A stretch of 26,208 nucleotides of DNA from a virus (Duplodnaviria > Caudoviricetes). The position numbers and the translations under genes are program-made. Of this stretch, positions 1-8,211 are shown in pieces; within the stretch, counting starts at the first letter, position 1, and each line of letters opens with the position of its first letter. The DNA lies in IMG/VR virus record IMGVR_UViG_3300013013_000030, positions 1 through 26,208 of that record; one strand, given 5' to 3'. A model generated the notes under the pieces. The model was not told where the DNA came from and did not search any database. It was given only the letters and a program-made list of their open reading frames with translations.

Positions 1-702
1 TCAGGCCTCGTCCACGGAGAGCGGGTCGGCGGATTGGCGGGCCGCGCGGGCGCCGGACGGGCTTGCGGCCGTGCGCGGCCATCGCGCCCCGATCAGCCTG
101 GTCCGGGCGATGCGGGCGATGGAGACGGCGTCGGACTGGTTGCCGCCGAGCACGTGAAAGGCGTCCCGATCCTCGCCGGCATAGAACCCGACATGGCCCT
201 GCCAGCCGGTCCGCGACCCGCGCCAGAAAACGAGCACCGCCCCCATCCCGGGTTCGCAGCGCTGGCCAAAGGCGAGCCAGTTGCGCGCGGCCAGCGGATT
301 GGTCGGCAGCGGCTCGTCAGGCAGGCTGGCGGCGATGCAGTGCGCGACGAAGAGGCCGCACCAGGCCGTCGCATCGTGGCGGAAGCCGATGTGGAGTGCC
401 TCCGCCCAGCGCAGGATGCGCGGATTGTCGGCCTTGCCCCGGCCCTCGCGCGTCCCCAGGAGCCGGACCGCCTCCGCGTGCCAGGGCCGCAGCTGCGGGA
501 CGAGCGCCGCGGCCGGCAGGCTGGCGCGCTCGGGGAATAGCTTTGCCGCCGTCTTCGGACCGACCAGCCCGTCCGGCACGAGGCCGCAGCTTGCTTGGAA
601 GCTGCGGATCGCGGCGATCGTCAACCGTCCCCGCACGCCGTCGAGCGGACCCGGATCGTGGCCGAGCGCCTTCAGCCGCCGCTGGATGTCCAGTGTCGTC
701 AT
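1..702 (-). CDS. TIGR02594-family (NlpC/P60-like) protein with N-terminal peptidoglycan-binding domain; candidate GTA endolysin
   Basis: PG_binding_1-like N-terminus (IQRRLKALGHDPGPLDGVRG...FQ..GLVPDGLVGPKT), then putative catalytic WCGLFV (Cys), GHVGFY (His) and VLGGNQSDAV. ATG at 702 follows an AGGAG RBS, so the ORF-track start at 783 is probably too long. Confidence 0.88.
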   Translation of the reverse strand: MTTLDIQRRLKALGHDPGPLDGVRGRLTIAAIRSFQASCGLVPDGLVGPKTAAKLFPERASLPAAALVPQLRPWHAEAVRLLGTREGRGKADNPRILRWAEALHIGFRHDATAWCGLFVAHCIAASLPDEPLPTNPLAARNWLAFGQRCEPGMGAVLVFWRGSRTGWQGHVGFYAGEDRDAFHVLGGNQSDAVSIARIARTRLIGARWPRTAASPSGARAARQSADPLSVDEA

Positions 703-892
703 GCAACTCTCCTGCTGTGCCGAGCGATGATCCGCGCGGGTCGCCCCTTCGGAGTGCTGGTGAGCGCCCTTGCCCAGCGCCACGCGCTACGGGTCGGACC
801 TTTCACCGCCCAGCGGGAACCTGCTCCGGCGCGCGTTGAAACGTGTCTCCAGCGCTCCGCGACGCAGGCCTAATCGGCCGTCCACGCCCCCG

Positions 893-1174
893 TCACTCCG
901 GCGGTGCGCCCTCCGGGCCGAGGCTGGCTCGCAGTCCCGCCCGCCAGGCGGCGATCACCTCCGGGGTCCAGGCGGCGTGAGCAATGGCAACGATGCGCGG
1001 GTCCTTTCCGGCCAGATCGTCGCCGGGATGCAGGACGTAGCGGCGGTATCGCGGCGGGTAGCCGGGCTCCGGCTCGCCGTCGCGCAGGATGATCGTCGCC
1101 TCGCGGATCTGCAGCGAGCCGTCGGCGGCCACTTCGATGCGGTCGGCGGGTATTGTTCTTTCATGGATCGCCAC
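893..1174 (-). CDS. Small phage tail-fibre-associated protein (93 aa)
   Basis: 3' end of ORF 893..1990. GTG at 1174 with a GAAGGAG RBS right at the DUF2793 stop. Sequence (DRIEV..DGSLQIREAT.I..DG...RRYVLHPGDDLAG.D.RI.AIA.AAWTPEVIAAW) resembles small proteins that follow LDDYEEG-type fibres in phages. Confidence 0.72.
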   Translation of the reverse strand: MAIHERTIPADRIEVAADGSLQIREATIILRDGEPEPGYPPRYRRYVLHPGDDLAGKDPRIVAIAHAAWTPEVIAAWRAGLRASLGPEGAPPE

Positions 1175-1188
1175 GGCTTGGTGCTCCT

Positions 1189-2310
1189 TCACGCCCGGTA
1201 GATACCGCCGAACGTCACTTCGATGTCGTTGGTTGAAGGCGGAACCTGGGTGGGGCCGATCGCGGTCTTGCCGCCGCCGGCGATCACGCTCCAGAGCACC
1301 GCATAGGACAGCGTATTCGACACCTCGGCCAGCAGGAGGTCGCTGAAGCCGATCTTGGCGACACGCGACAGCGACATGGGCCCGGTGCCGGTTGCGGCGA
1401 AGGGAAGCCCGCCAAGCCGGAACACGCCGGCCGCGTCCGAATAGGCGTTGGAATGGAACCTCAGGATGCCGCAGACATAGGCGATGGCGCCCACCTTCAC
1501 GTAGGTGCCGCTCTGCACAGCATAGGTCGGGACGAAGGTCCCCGGGGTCGAGAACGTCGCGGTCGGCGTCCAGCTTCCCTCTTCGTAATCGTCCAGCGTG
1601 TTGGGGTCGGCCGAGGCGTTCATGACGGCGGGAAAGCCGATCTGCCCGCGCGTCGAAAGCCTGCCGGTGCTCCGGTCGACCCTGAGCGCCTCGACCCAGG
1701 AGGCGCCGTCCGCCGACACCTTCACCGCGAGGTCGTCGTCGCCGATCAGCCCGACCTCGGCGCGGCCGGAGAAGCCGCGCTGCAGCAAGAGGGACAGCGT
1801 ATCGGCGGCGCTCTCCTTGTTCAGCGTGTAGCGCAGGTCGCCGTCGCCGCCCTCGGCCACCGTCTTCGCCGTCCACAGCGCCTTGTTGAGCTTCGCCGCG
1901 AAGGGGTTCGCCGCGTCGGCGGCGGTGCCGATGCCGAGCAGCGCCAGGTTCTGCAGCTCGGTGATGGCGGCCGCGGTGTCGCTCACCCAAGCCGCCCCGT
2001 TGAAGACGAGGAGCACGTTCTCGTCCGCCGCCCAGGCGAGCCAGCCCTCGGCGGGCGCGTGGAAGGCCCAGGCGCCGCCGTCCCAGGCGGCGACCTCGCT
2101 CTCGTGCCCGGTCCAGGCGCCCGTCGCCGCCGCCGCGACGATGTAGCGGTCGCCCTCGGCCGGGGCGCCCGGCGGCGCCGCGAGGTCGCGGTCGAGCACG
2201 GCGAGCTGCACCAGCGCGTCGAGCGCCCGCAGCGCCTCGTTGACCGTCACGTGCTTCTGGGCCTGCTCCGCCGCAAGCAGCGGCAGCGCGAGCGCCGGGG
2301 TCCTAGACAT
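1189..2310 (-). CDS. DUF2793-domain protein, putative GTA tail fibre / receptor-binding protein
   Basis: N-terminal LPLLAAEQAQKHVTVNEALRALDALVQ...GDRYIV...W.GH...W.F..P.EGW signature. C-terminal module starts with LDDYEEGSWTPT. Overlaps the g15 stop by 8 nt. Confidence 0.88.
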   Translation of the reverse strand: MSRTPALALPLLAAEQAQKHVTVNEALRALDALVQLAVLDRDLAAPPGAPAEGDRYIVAAAATGAWTGHESEVAAWDGGAWAFHAPAEGWLAWAADENVLLVFNGAAWVSDTAAAITELQNLALLGIGTAADAANPFAAKLNKALWTAKTVAEGGDGDLRYTLNKESAADTLSLLLQRGFSGRAEVGLIGDDDLAVKVSADGASWVEALRVDRSTGRLSTRGQIGFPAVMNASADPNTLDDYEEGSWTPTATFSTPGTFVPTYAVQSGTYVKVGAIAYVCGILRFHSNAYSDAAGVFRLGGLPFAATGTGPMSLSRVAKIGFSDLLLAEVSNTLSYAVLWSVIAGGGKTAIGPTQVPPSTNDIEVTFGGIYRA

Positions 2311-5300
2311 CGACGATTTCCTCCAGCGCGGCGCCGGGCCCGGCGACGACGCTCAGTTGCGAGATCCGAACGACGAACGGCGCCGCGCCGCCGAGATCGG
2401 CCGCCTGCTCGGCGGCCAGGTAGCGGAATCCGGGGCTCGTCAGCTCGACCCGCCGGATCAGGACATCGCCGCTCAGGACGTCGAGGCGATAGGCCTCGCG
2501 CTCCTCGTTCAGCGGCACCTCGGCAAGCTCCCAGCTGTCCCCGCCAAAGCGCGTCCGCCGGATCCAGGAGAGCACGACATCGCCCGACGCCACCTCGCGC
2601 CGGGCCCGCAGATGCACGGGCGCAAACGGCTTCAGGCCATCGCCGGCCGCCGTGAGGTCGATCTCGCGGAAGCTCGGCGCTGCGTGGTCGTCGCGCGCCG
2701 GACCGACCCGCAACCGCATGCGCCGCCCAACCGCATCGCGGCTGATCGGCAGCCCGCGGACAGCGCGGTTGAGCAGCACGAACTCGGCACCGCCGAGGGC
2801 ACCGGCCCGCATGGCCGCTTCCGTCCCGCATTGGCCGCGGAGCAACTTGCTGAGGCGATACTGGCGCGGCCCGATAAGCTCCGCCCTGCCGAACTGCAGC
2901 ACTTCCCAGCTTCCGTCGGCACTCGCCACCGCCGCGGCGTTCCCGCCGCCCAGGAGATCAATCTCCGGCAGGCTGGCGAGGGCACCGTCGCCGAACAGCG
3001 TGACCGTCACGGCATTAGCGCGGTCGAAGCGCCAGAGCGGCCCCGGCCCAAGCGGAGCGTCAAGCCGGCCGAGCGTCGCCGGTGCGGACAGCGTGGCGGC
3101 GAGGCGGAACCCGCCGCCGGCGGCGCCGGAATATACCGCCATCGCCCCCGGCCAGGGCGCGGCGAAGACCGCCAGGCGCGGCGCATGGTCCTGCCGTCCA
3201 TCGGGCGGCGCGAAATCGATCAGCCGCACCTCCGGCGGCCCCCAGCTGCCCGGCGCGGGCGGGGGCCGTCGCGTCACCTTGCGTCGGGCGGGCGCACGCC
3301 CTGCATTGTCGATCCGCCGGAGCTCCAGCGCCCGATCACGGCCGTCGCCGATCCGCTCGACGAGCAGCGCCTCCGCGCGCCCGTCTTCCGTCAGGCTCAG
3401 GAGGTCGCCCGCCTCGACGCCCAGGGCGCTGGGCGGCAGCCGCAGCTCCGCAACCTCCCGGCCGGTCCAGATGTCGCGCAGCAGCGCGTCAGCCAGGCCC
3501 TCCGCCATGCCGAGATCCAGGATCGCGGCGAGCTCGATCGTCGCCGTGCGCCGGCTGTCGCCGGGGAAGCGCCGCACCGCCGCGGCGGCGACCCGGTAGT
3601 CGCCGGCGGGGTCGATCGCCCTGAGCACCAGCTCGATGGGCAGCTCGGTTTCCTGCGCGCGCCGGCGGGTGATCAGCGCCTCCTCCGCTTGCTCCACCAG
3701 CGCCGCCCGAACAACCGCCGCATCGGCAGGCCGTTGCCGGCCGCGGAACAGGACGCGGTCACCGGCATCGCCGGCATCGATCCGGAACGCCTGCAGGAGC
3801 GGCTCCAGCGTGCCGCGCGCCGAGGCGATCTCGTTCACCACCGCGCCGTCGACCAGCCCGTAGGCGTCGCCGATCGCATATTCCGCGAAGCCGTGGTCGT
3901 TCAGCACGGCGGCGACCAGGTCGGCGATCGTCACCGCACCGAGCCGGCCGTTCAGCCAGTGCCCGCGCTCCCAGTTCTCGCCATCCGACCAGAAGTCGGT
4001 GCGCTCGGGAAAGAGCGGATAGGGGCGCGCATCCCAGGCCCACAGGTGAATGTGAGCGGGATCGAGCATCCGCCCGCCATAGACCGCCGACACCGGATTC
4101 CCGCCGGTGAAGCGCGGATGCGCCGGGTCGAAGAAGCGCAGATAGGCTTCCAGGTAGCTGCGCTGCGCGAGATCGTCGCGCGCCCCGCTCGAATAGTGCG
4201 GCAGCGCCGAGGCCGCCGATTTCGGGTCAAAGAAGACGTTCGGCTGGTTGGCGCCCCTGTCCACCGCCGGGCAGCCGAGCTCGGTCAGCCAGATCGGCTT
4301 GCCTTGCGGCTGCCACGCCGTCGGCGCGGCGTTCTCCACCCCACCCGGCCGGTCATAGTGCAGGTTCGACCACCAAGCCTCCAGGTCTTTGAAGCGATAC
4401 ACCCAGGGCTTGCCATACGCCCCGTCGGCGATCGGCGTGCGCAGCTGCGCTTCCCGGTCGGCGGCGCTGGCGTAGAACCACTCAAAACCCTCGCCGCCAC
4501 GGATGTTGGCGCGGAGGTAATCCGGGTTGTAGGGCGCGCGCCCGCTCGCCTCGTCCAGGTGGCCGGGCCCGTCGCGCCAGTCGGCAAGCGGATGGTAGAG
4601 GTCGATCCCCACGGCATCGACGTTCGGGTCGGCCCACAGCGGGTCGAGGTGGAAGAAGACGTCGCCTGAGCCGTCCGCCGGCTGGTGGCCGAAATACTCG
4701 CTCCAATCCGCCGCATAGGTGATCGCCGCCCCCGGCCCGACGACGGCGCGCACATCGCCGGCCAGAGTTCGCAGCTGTGCCACAACCGGATAAGCGCCCG
4801 GCCCGGAGCGCAGCGTTGTCAGCCCGCGGAGCTCCGAGCCGAGGAGGAACGCATCGACGCCGCCGGCGAGCGCGGCGAGATGCGCATAGTGCAGCACCAT
4901 GCGCCGGTAGCGCCATTCCGCCGGGCCGCCATAGCTCACCGTCGAGCCTGCCGCTGTGAAGTCCTCCGGCCCCGCCATGCCGAAGAAGGCCGCCGCGTCC
5001 GCGTCGATCGCGACAGTGCCGTCCGGCGAGCCCGCCCGTCCCGGCGAAGGGTCGCAGGTGATCTCGCCGCGCCACGGATAGGCCGGCTGCCCTACGGCGC
5101 CGCTATACGGGTTGGGCAGCGTGTTCCCCGGCGGGATGTCCATCAGGACGAAGGGCGCGAGCGCCACCTTCAGCCCGCGGCTCTTCAGGTCGGCGATCGC
5201 CCTCAGCACCGAAGCATCGCTCGGCGAGCCGCCATAGGCGGGCCGCTCGCCCGACCGGCTCACCTCCTGCGCCTCATCCCGCGTCAGCCCCGAGACCTGC

Positions 5301-6196
5301 CACGTCGCCCCGCGCGTGACCTTGGCCGCCTCGTCCACCTTCGGCCGGACGTCGCACTCGGCGGCGCGCAGGTCGTCGCCGAACCAGGCGACCACCAGGG
5401 TCACCCATTCGAGGTTCGGGCAGAGCGCCTGCAGCTCGTCGATCGACACCGTCCAGTCGGAGGTCTCGCGCAGCGCATGATTGTTCTCCGGCGCATAGGA
5501 GCCCGGTCCGAGCGTGCGGATGACCGGCAGCGGGTCGTAGCCGAACTCGGTCGAGCCGGGGATCACGCAGACCGCCCGCACATGGGCCTCCAGTCCCGGC
5601 ACCGGGCGGAACACCTCGAACGAGAGCTGCGGGATGCGATTGCCGAAGGCGGCGAGCGGCATCCGTTCAAACACGACATAGGCCGCGCCGCGGTAGGCCG
5701 GCGCCGTCCCGCTTTGCTTGGCGGCGATCAGGCTGTCGGGCTCCTGCGCCTCGTCGCCGGGATAGACGCGGAACGTGTAGGCGCCGGCGTCGAGCGGGTT
5801 GCCGTCGGCCCACATGCGGCCGATGCGGGCGATCGGCCCCTCGCAGAGCGCCACGGCGAAGTTGGCGAAGTAGCTGTATTCCGTGGTGGTGACGCTTGGG
5901 CCGCCCTTGCCGCCCACCTCCTCGGTTTCCTTCACCTCCTCGTAGTCCGTCGCCCAGATTATCTGGCCGGAAAGCCGCGCCTTGCCATAGATGCGCGGGA
6001 TGACCGCGCCTTCGGTGGAGGCCTGCACCTGCAGCTCGGTCAGCCGCGGCCCCACCACCGCCCTTCGCGGGCCGAACAGGCTCTGGTCGAGCGTGGCGCC
6101 GAACACGGCGCCGACAGCACGGCCGAGCACCGCCCCCGGCCCGCCGAACACGGAACCGAGCGCGGCGCCGGCGGCGCCGAGAACAAGCGTGGCCAT
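2303..6196 (-). CDS. GTA baseplate multidomain 'megatron' protein (RcGTA g15-like, GTA TIM-barrel domain)
   Basis: 1297 aa. MATLVLGAAG start, G.IIWAT, PAYRG.AYVVFE, TIM-barrel motifs (YAADWSEY, FHLDPLW, KPIWLTELGCPAVDRGANQPN, NWERGHWLNGR) and C-terminal WIRRTR. Confidence 0.95.
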   Translation of the reverse strand: MATLVLGAAGAALGSVFGGPGAVLGRAVGAVFGATLDQSLFGPRRAVVGPRLTELQVQASTEGAVIPRIYGKARLSGQIIWATDYEEVKETEEVGGKGGPSVTTTEYSYFANFAVALCEGPIARIGRMWADGNPLDAGAYTFRVYPGDEAQEPDSLIAAKQSGTAPAYRGAAYVVFERMPLAAFGNRIPQLSFEVFRPVPGLEAHVRAVCVIPGSTEFGYDPLPVIRTLGPGSYAPENNHALRETSDWTVSIDELQALCPNLEWVTLVVAWFGDDLRAAECDVRPKVDEAAKVTRGATWQVSGLTRDEAQEVSRSGERPAYGGSPSDASVLRAIADLKSRGLKVALAPFVLMDIPPGNTLPNPYSGAVGQPAYPWRGEITCDPSPGRAGSPDGTVAIDADAAAFFGMAGPEDFTAAGSTVSYGGPAEWRYRRMVLHYAHLAALAGGVDAFLLGSELRGLTTLRSGPGAYPVVAQLRTLAGDVRAVVGPGAAITYAADWSEYFGHQPADGSGDVFFHLDPLWADPNVDAVGIDLYHPLADWRDGPGHLDEASGRAPYNPDYLRANIRGGEGFEWFYASAADREAQLRTPIADGAYGKPWVYRFKDLEAWWSNLHYDRPGGVENAAPTAWQPQGKPIWLTELGCPAVDRGANQPNVFFDPKSAASALPHYSSGARDDLAQRSYLEAYLRFFDPAHPRFTGGNPVSAVYGGRMLDPAHIHLWAWDARPYPLFPERTDFWSDGENWERGHWLNGRLGAVTIADLVAAVLNDHGFAEYAIGDAYGLVDGAVVNEIASARGTLEPLLQAFRIDAGDAGDRVLFRGRQRPADAAVVRAALVEQAEEALITRRRAQETELPIELVLRAIDPAGDYRVAAAAVRRFPGDSRRTATIELAAILDLGMAEGLADALLRDIWTGREVAELRLPPSALGVEAGDLLSLTEDGRAEALLVERIGDGRDRALELRRIDNAGRAPARRKVTRRPPPAPGSWGPPEVRLIDFAPPDGRQDHAPRLAVFAAPWPGAMAVYSGAAGGGFRLAATLSAPATLGRLDAPLGPGPLWRFDRANAVTVTLFGDGALASLPEIDLLGGGNAAAVASADGSWEVLQFGRAELIGPRQYRLSKLLRGQCGTEAAMRAGALGGAEFVLLNRAVRGLPISRDAVGRRMRLRVGPARDDHAAPSFREIDLTAAGDGLKPFAPVHLRARREVASGDVVLSWIRRTRFGGDSWELAEVPLNEEREAYRLDVLSGDVLIRRVELTSPGFRYLAAEQAADLGGAAPFVVRISQLSVVAGPGAALEEIVDV

Positions 6197-6252
6197 GGGG
6201 CCTCCGCAGGTTTAGTGATGAAGGTTGCACCCGAGCGCGGCGACGCTGGGTT

Positions 6253-6304
6253 CCTCCCCCCGCAAAGCGGGGGAGGGGGACCGGCGAAGCCGGTGGAGGG
6301 GGCG
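6253..6304 (+). repeat. GC-rich REP-like palindromic element
   Basis: CCTCCCCCCGC-AAA-GCGGGGGAGG followed by ACCGGC-GAA-GCCGGT and GGAGGGGG. Confidence 0.75.
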
Positions 6305-6411
6305 GGTGCCGTGCTCACGCTTGTAGGTGCCCGCCACTATGCTGCTAATGGCCCTGTCCCAAACCACCGGGGGAAGAGCGCACCGCACGGCGCGTCAGCG
6401 ACTTAACGGAT

Positions 6412-7089
6412 TCAGGCGCGTTCGCCGATCGCCTCGATGCAGTCCGGCGTGTCGTTCTTCACGCTGTTGACGGCGCGGTTGACGGGGTAGGCCCGCATCT
6501 CCTCCGCCGGGAACGGCTTCAAGAGCGCCCGGAGCTCGTCGATGGCACTATCGGCCGACAGCCAGCGGTCATAATCCTCCGGCCTCAGAATCACCGGCAT
6601 GCGATCGTGCACTGCGGCGGCGAGCGGGTTCGGCTCGCCGACGATGATCGCCGCCGAGAGCAGGTCCGCGCCGCCGATCCGCGCGAATTCCCACAGCCCG
6701 GCAAAGGCGAACGGCTCCAGGTCGGCGCGGGTGAAGCGGTAGGGCTGCTTGCCGTCGGCCCGCTTCTCCCATTCGAAGAAGCCGGTGGCCGGGATGAGCG
6801 CCCGTCGCTTTGCGAAAGCCTCGCGGAACAGCGGCTTCTCGTGCACCGTCTCGCAGCGCGCATTGATGTGCGGCGCCTTCGGCATCTCCCGCATCCACCC
6901 CGGCACGAGCCCCCAGCGTGCCATGACGAGCTCGCGCGCCCCGTCGCGCGGATCGACCCGGATGATGGGGATCTGGTCCGTCGGCGCCACATTGTAGCGC
7001 GGCGGAAAGTTCGAAGCCGGCAGCCGCGTCGGCCGGAACAACCGCCGATACGCCTCCGCCGCAATCAGGTTATCGTATCGCCCGCACAT
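6412..7089 (-). CDS. SOS response-associated peptidase (SRAP; YedK/HMCES family)
   Basis: MCGRY N-terminus (catalytic Cys2), RYNVAPT, WGLVP, INAR.ET, GFFEW, FAGLWE, HDRMPVIL, VNSVKND. Confidence 0.95.
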   Translation of the reverse strand: MCGRYDNLIAAEAYRRLFRPTRLPASNFPPRYNVAPTDQIPIIRVDPRDGARELVMARWGLVPGWMREMPKAPHINARCETVHEKPLFREAFAKRRALIPATGFFEWEKRADGKQPYRFTRADLEPFAFAGLWEFARIGGADLLSAAIIVGEPNPLAAAVHDRMPVILRPEDYDRWLSADSAIDELRALLKPFPAEEMRAYPVNRAVNSVKNDTPDCIEAIGERA

Positions 7090-7264
7090 ACATACAAATG
7101 CAAGAGAGGATTAACTTCGTTTAACATAGCTTCTACCACGGAGCCGACGTTCAGCACTTGCACTCGTCAGAATGGTCCATCCAGCTGCGACGGTGACTGG
7201 CGGTCCCCACTAACGGTAAGCCAAACCCCTCCTTCATGATGCGAAGCGTGCCAGCGATCAGGGA

Positions 7265-7837
7265 TCAGCTGTTCACATGGCGCTGGCGGATCCGCGCAAT
7301 CCTCTGTCCAAGTGTTGATCGGTGCCTGAGCATTATTGCCCCCGCCGTCCTAGCCGCTCGGCGAGGCCTAGTTGTCCATCGGCCATATAGGCCGCCTACA
7401 GTCACTGAGCGTGCGTATGCTCGGCGGACCTCGATCATCAGATTAGCAGCGTGTACTTGAGCCAAGTTACACCGGATTTGATCAGGTGCCCGACCTGAGA
7501 CGCTGAAGTCACCACCACTAAGTGCGTCGAACAGGTCCGCTAACGCGGAATCCACCTTCACGGTGTCTGTTGGTTTGAACCACTCACTGGTCAGAACTCG
7601 AAGGCCCGTCAGACGGCTCTGATAACCGAGTATCCTGGCCTCTAGAAGCTTGATGTCGTCGTAATCCCCGGCCTTGAGCCAATAGCCGGATGAAAGGTCG
7701 GCGGCATCGCCAGCGACTTTACAGAAATCGTCACAAATCAGACGAAGCTCGTCTCGCCCGCTCTTGATCCACTGCACGCCGAAGGCGGCGAGCATGCCGA
7801 GGAATGCGCTACCCCCAATCTTCAGAAACTCAAGCAA
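7265..7837 (-). CDS. Hypothetical protein with N-terminal transmembrane helix; third gene of the ATPase-STAS cassette
   Basis: TTG start 3 nt after the STAS stop. Hydrophobic N-terminus (FLKIGGSAFLGMLAAFGVQW) followed by a predicted helical soluble region. Lower GC than the flanks. Confidence 0.65.
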   Translation of the reverse strand: MLEFLKIGGSAFLGMLAAFGVQWIKSGRDELRLICDDFCKVAGDAADLSSGYWLKAGDYDDIKLLEARILGYQSRLTGLRVLTSEWFKPTDTVKVDSALADLFDALSGGDFSVSGRAPDQIRCNLAQVHAANLMIEVRRAYARSVTVGGLYGRWTTRPRRAARTAGAIMLRHRSTLGQRIARIRQRHVNS

Positions 7838-7840
7838 GGT

Positions 7841-8200
7841 TCAGTGGACAGCCGCCGGAAGGCGCCGCTCCGCTTCCTCGATGTACTGTTTCGCTAAGCG
7901 ACGATACGTATCAAAATGCGGGTCACTTGCTTCAGTCATCAGCACTCGGGATAGCTCGGACGCTCTGAAGCCATGAACTCGAACAAGGCCTCCAAACGCC
8001 TCCTCTAGAAACGATGCTGGATAGCCAGCAACGCCGTCGAGAACGATTACTACTCTGCTATATTTCCCTGGAACCTCCTGCAAGGCGGGCAGCAGGAATT
8101 CTTCGCGAAATTCTTGCCCGCTGAAACTGCCGTCGGCCTTATACCGGCCACCGGGATAGGGACTGAATTCGCTCGCGATGTCGATGCGACGTTCGCTCAT
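7841..8200 (-). CDS. STAS-like domain protein (DUF4325-like), anti-anti-sigma fold
   Basis: IASEFSPYPGGRY..DG.FSGQEFRE..L.P and V.IVLDGV.GY.ASFLEEAFGGL motifs. ATG at 8200 with AGGAG RBS. Confidence 0.85.
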   Translation of the reverse strand: MSERRIDIASEFSPYPGGRYKADGSFSGQEFREEFLLPALQEVPGKYSRVVIVLDGVAGYPASFLEEAFGGLVRVHGFRASELSRVLMTEASDPHFDTYRRLAKQYIEEAERRLPAAVH

Positions 8201-8211
8201 GCGCTCTTCTC

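Noticed and set aside
703-892. Glycine-riboswitch-like words (CCGAAGGGGCGA...CGCTCGGCA) upstream of the lysin
   Set aside because: The 5' GGAGA element and CTCAGG core are missing and the gene context is implausible. An Infernal search would settle it.
1189-1600. Diversity-generating retroelement target in the fibre tip
   Set aside because: No reverse transcriptase and no template/variable repeat pair seen in the window.
893-1990. 365-aa minus-strand ORF
   Set aside because: Overlaps DUF2793 out of frame. Only the last 93 codons have an RBS and protein-like sequence.
2240-6406. Long plus-strand ORFs (809 aa and 573 aa), and similar ones at 10900-12927 and 19096-20559
   Set aside because: Antisense shadows of well-supported high-GC genes. 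They are Arg/Pro/Ala-rich with no recognisable motifs.
7111-7125. Possible CtrA box upstream of SRAP (TTAACTTCGTTTAAC)
   Set aside because: Spacing is TTAA-N6-TTAA rather than the canonical N7. It also does not match the alphaproteobacterial LexA box GTTC-N7-GTTC.
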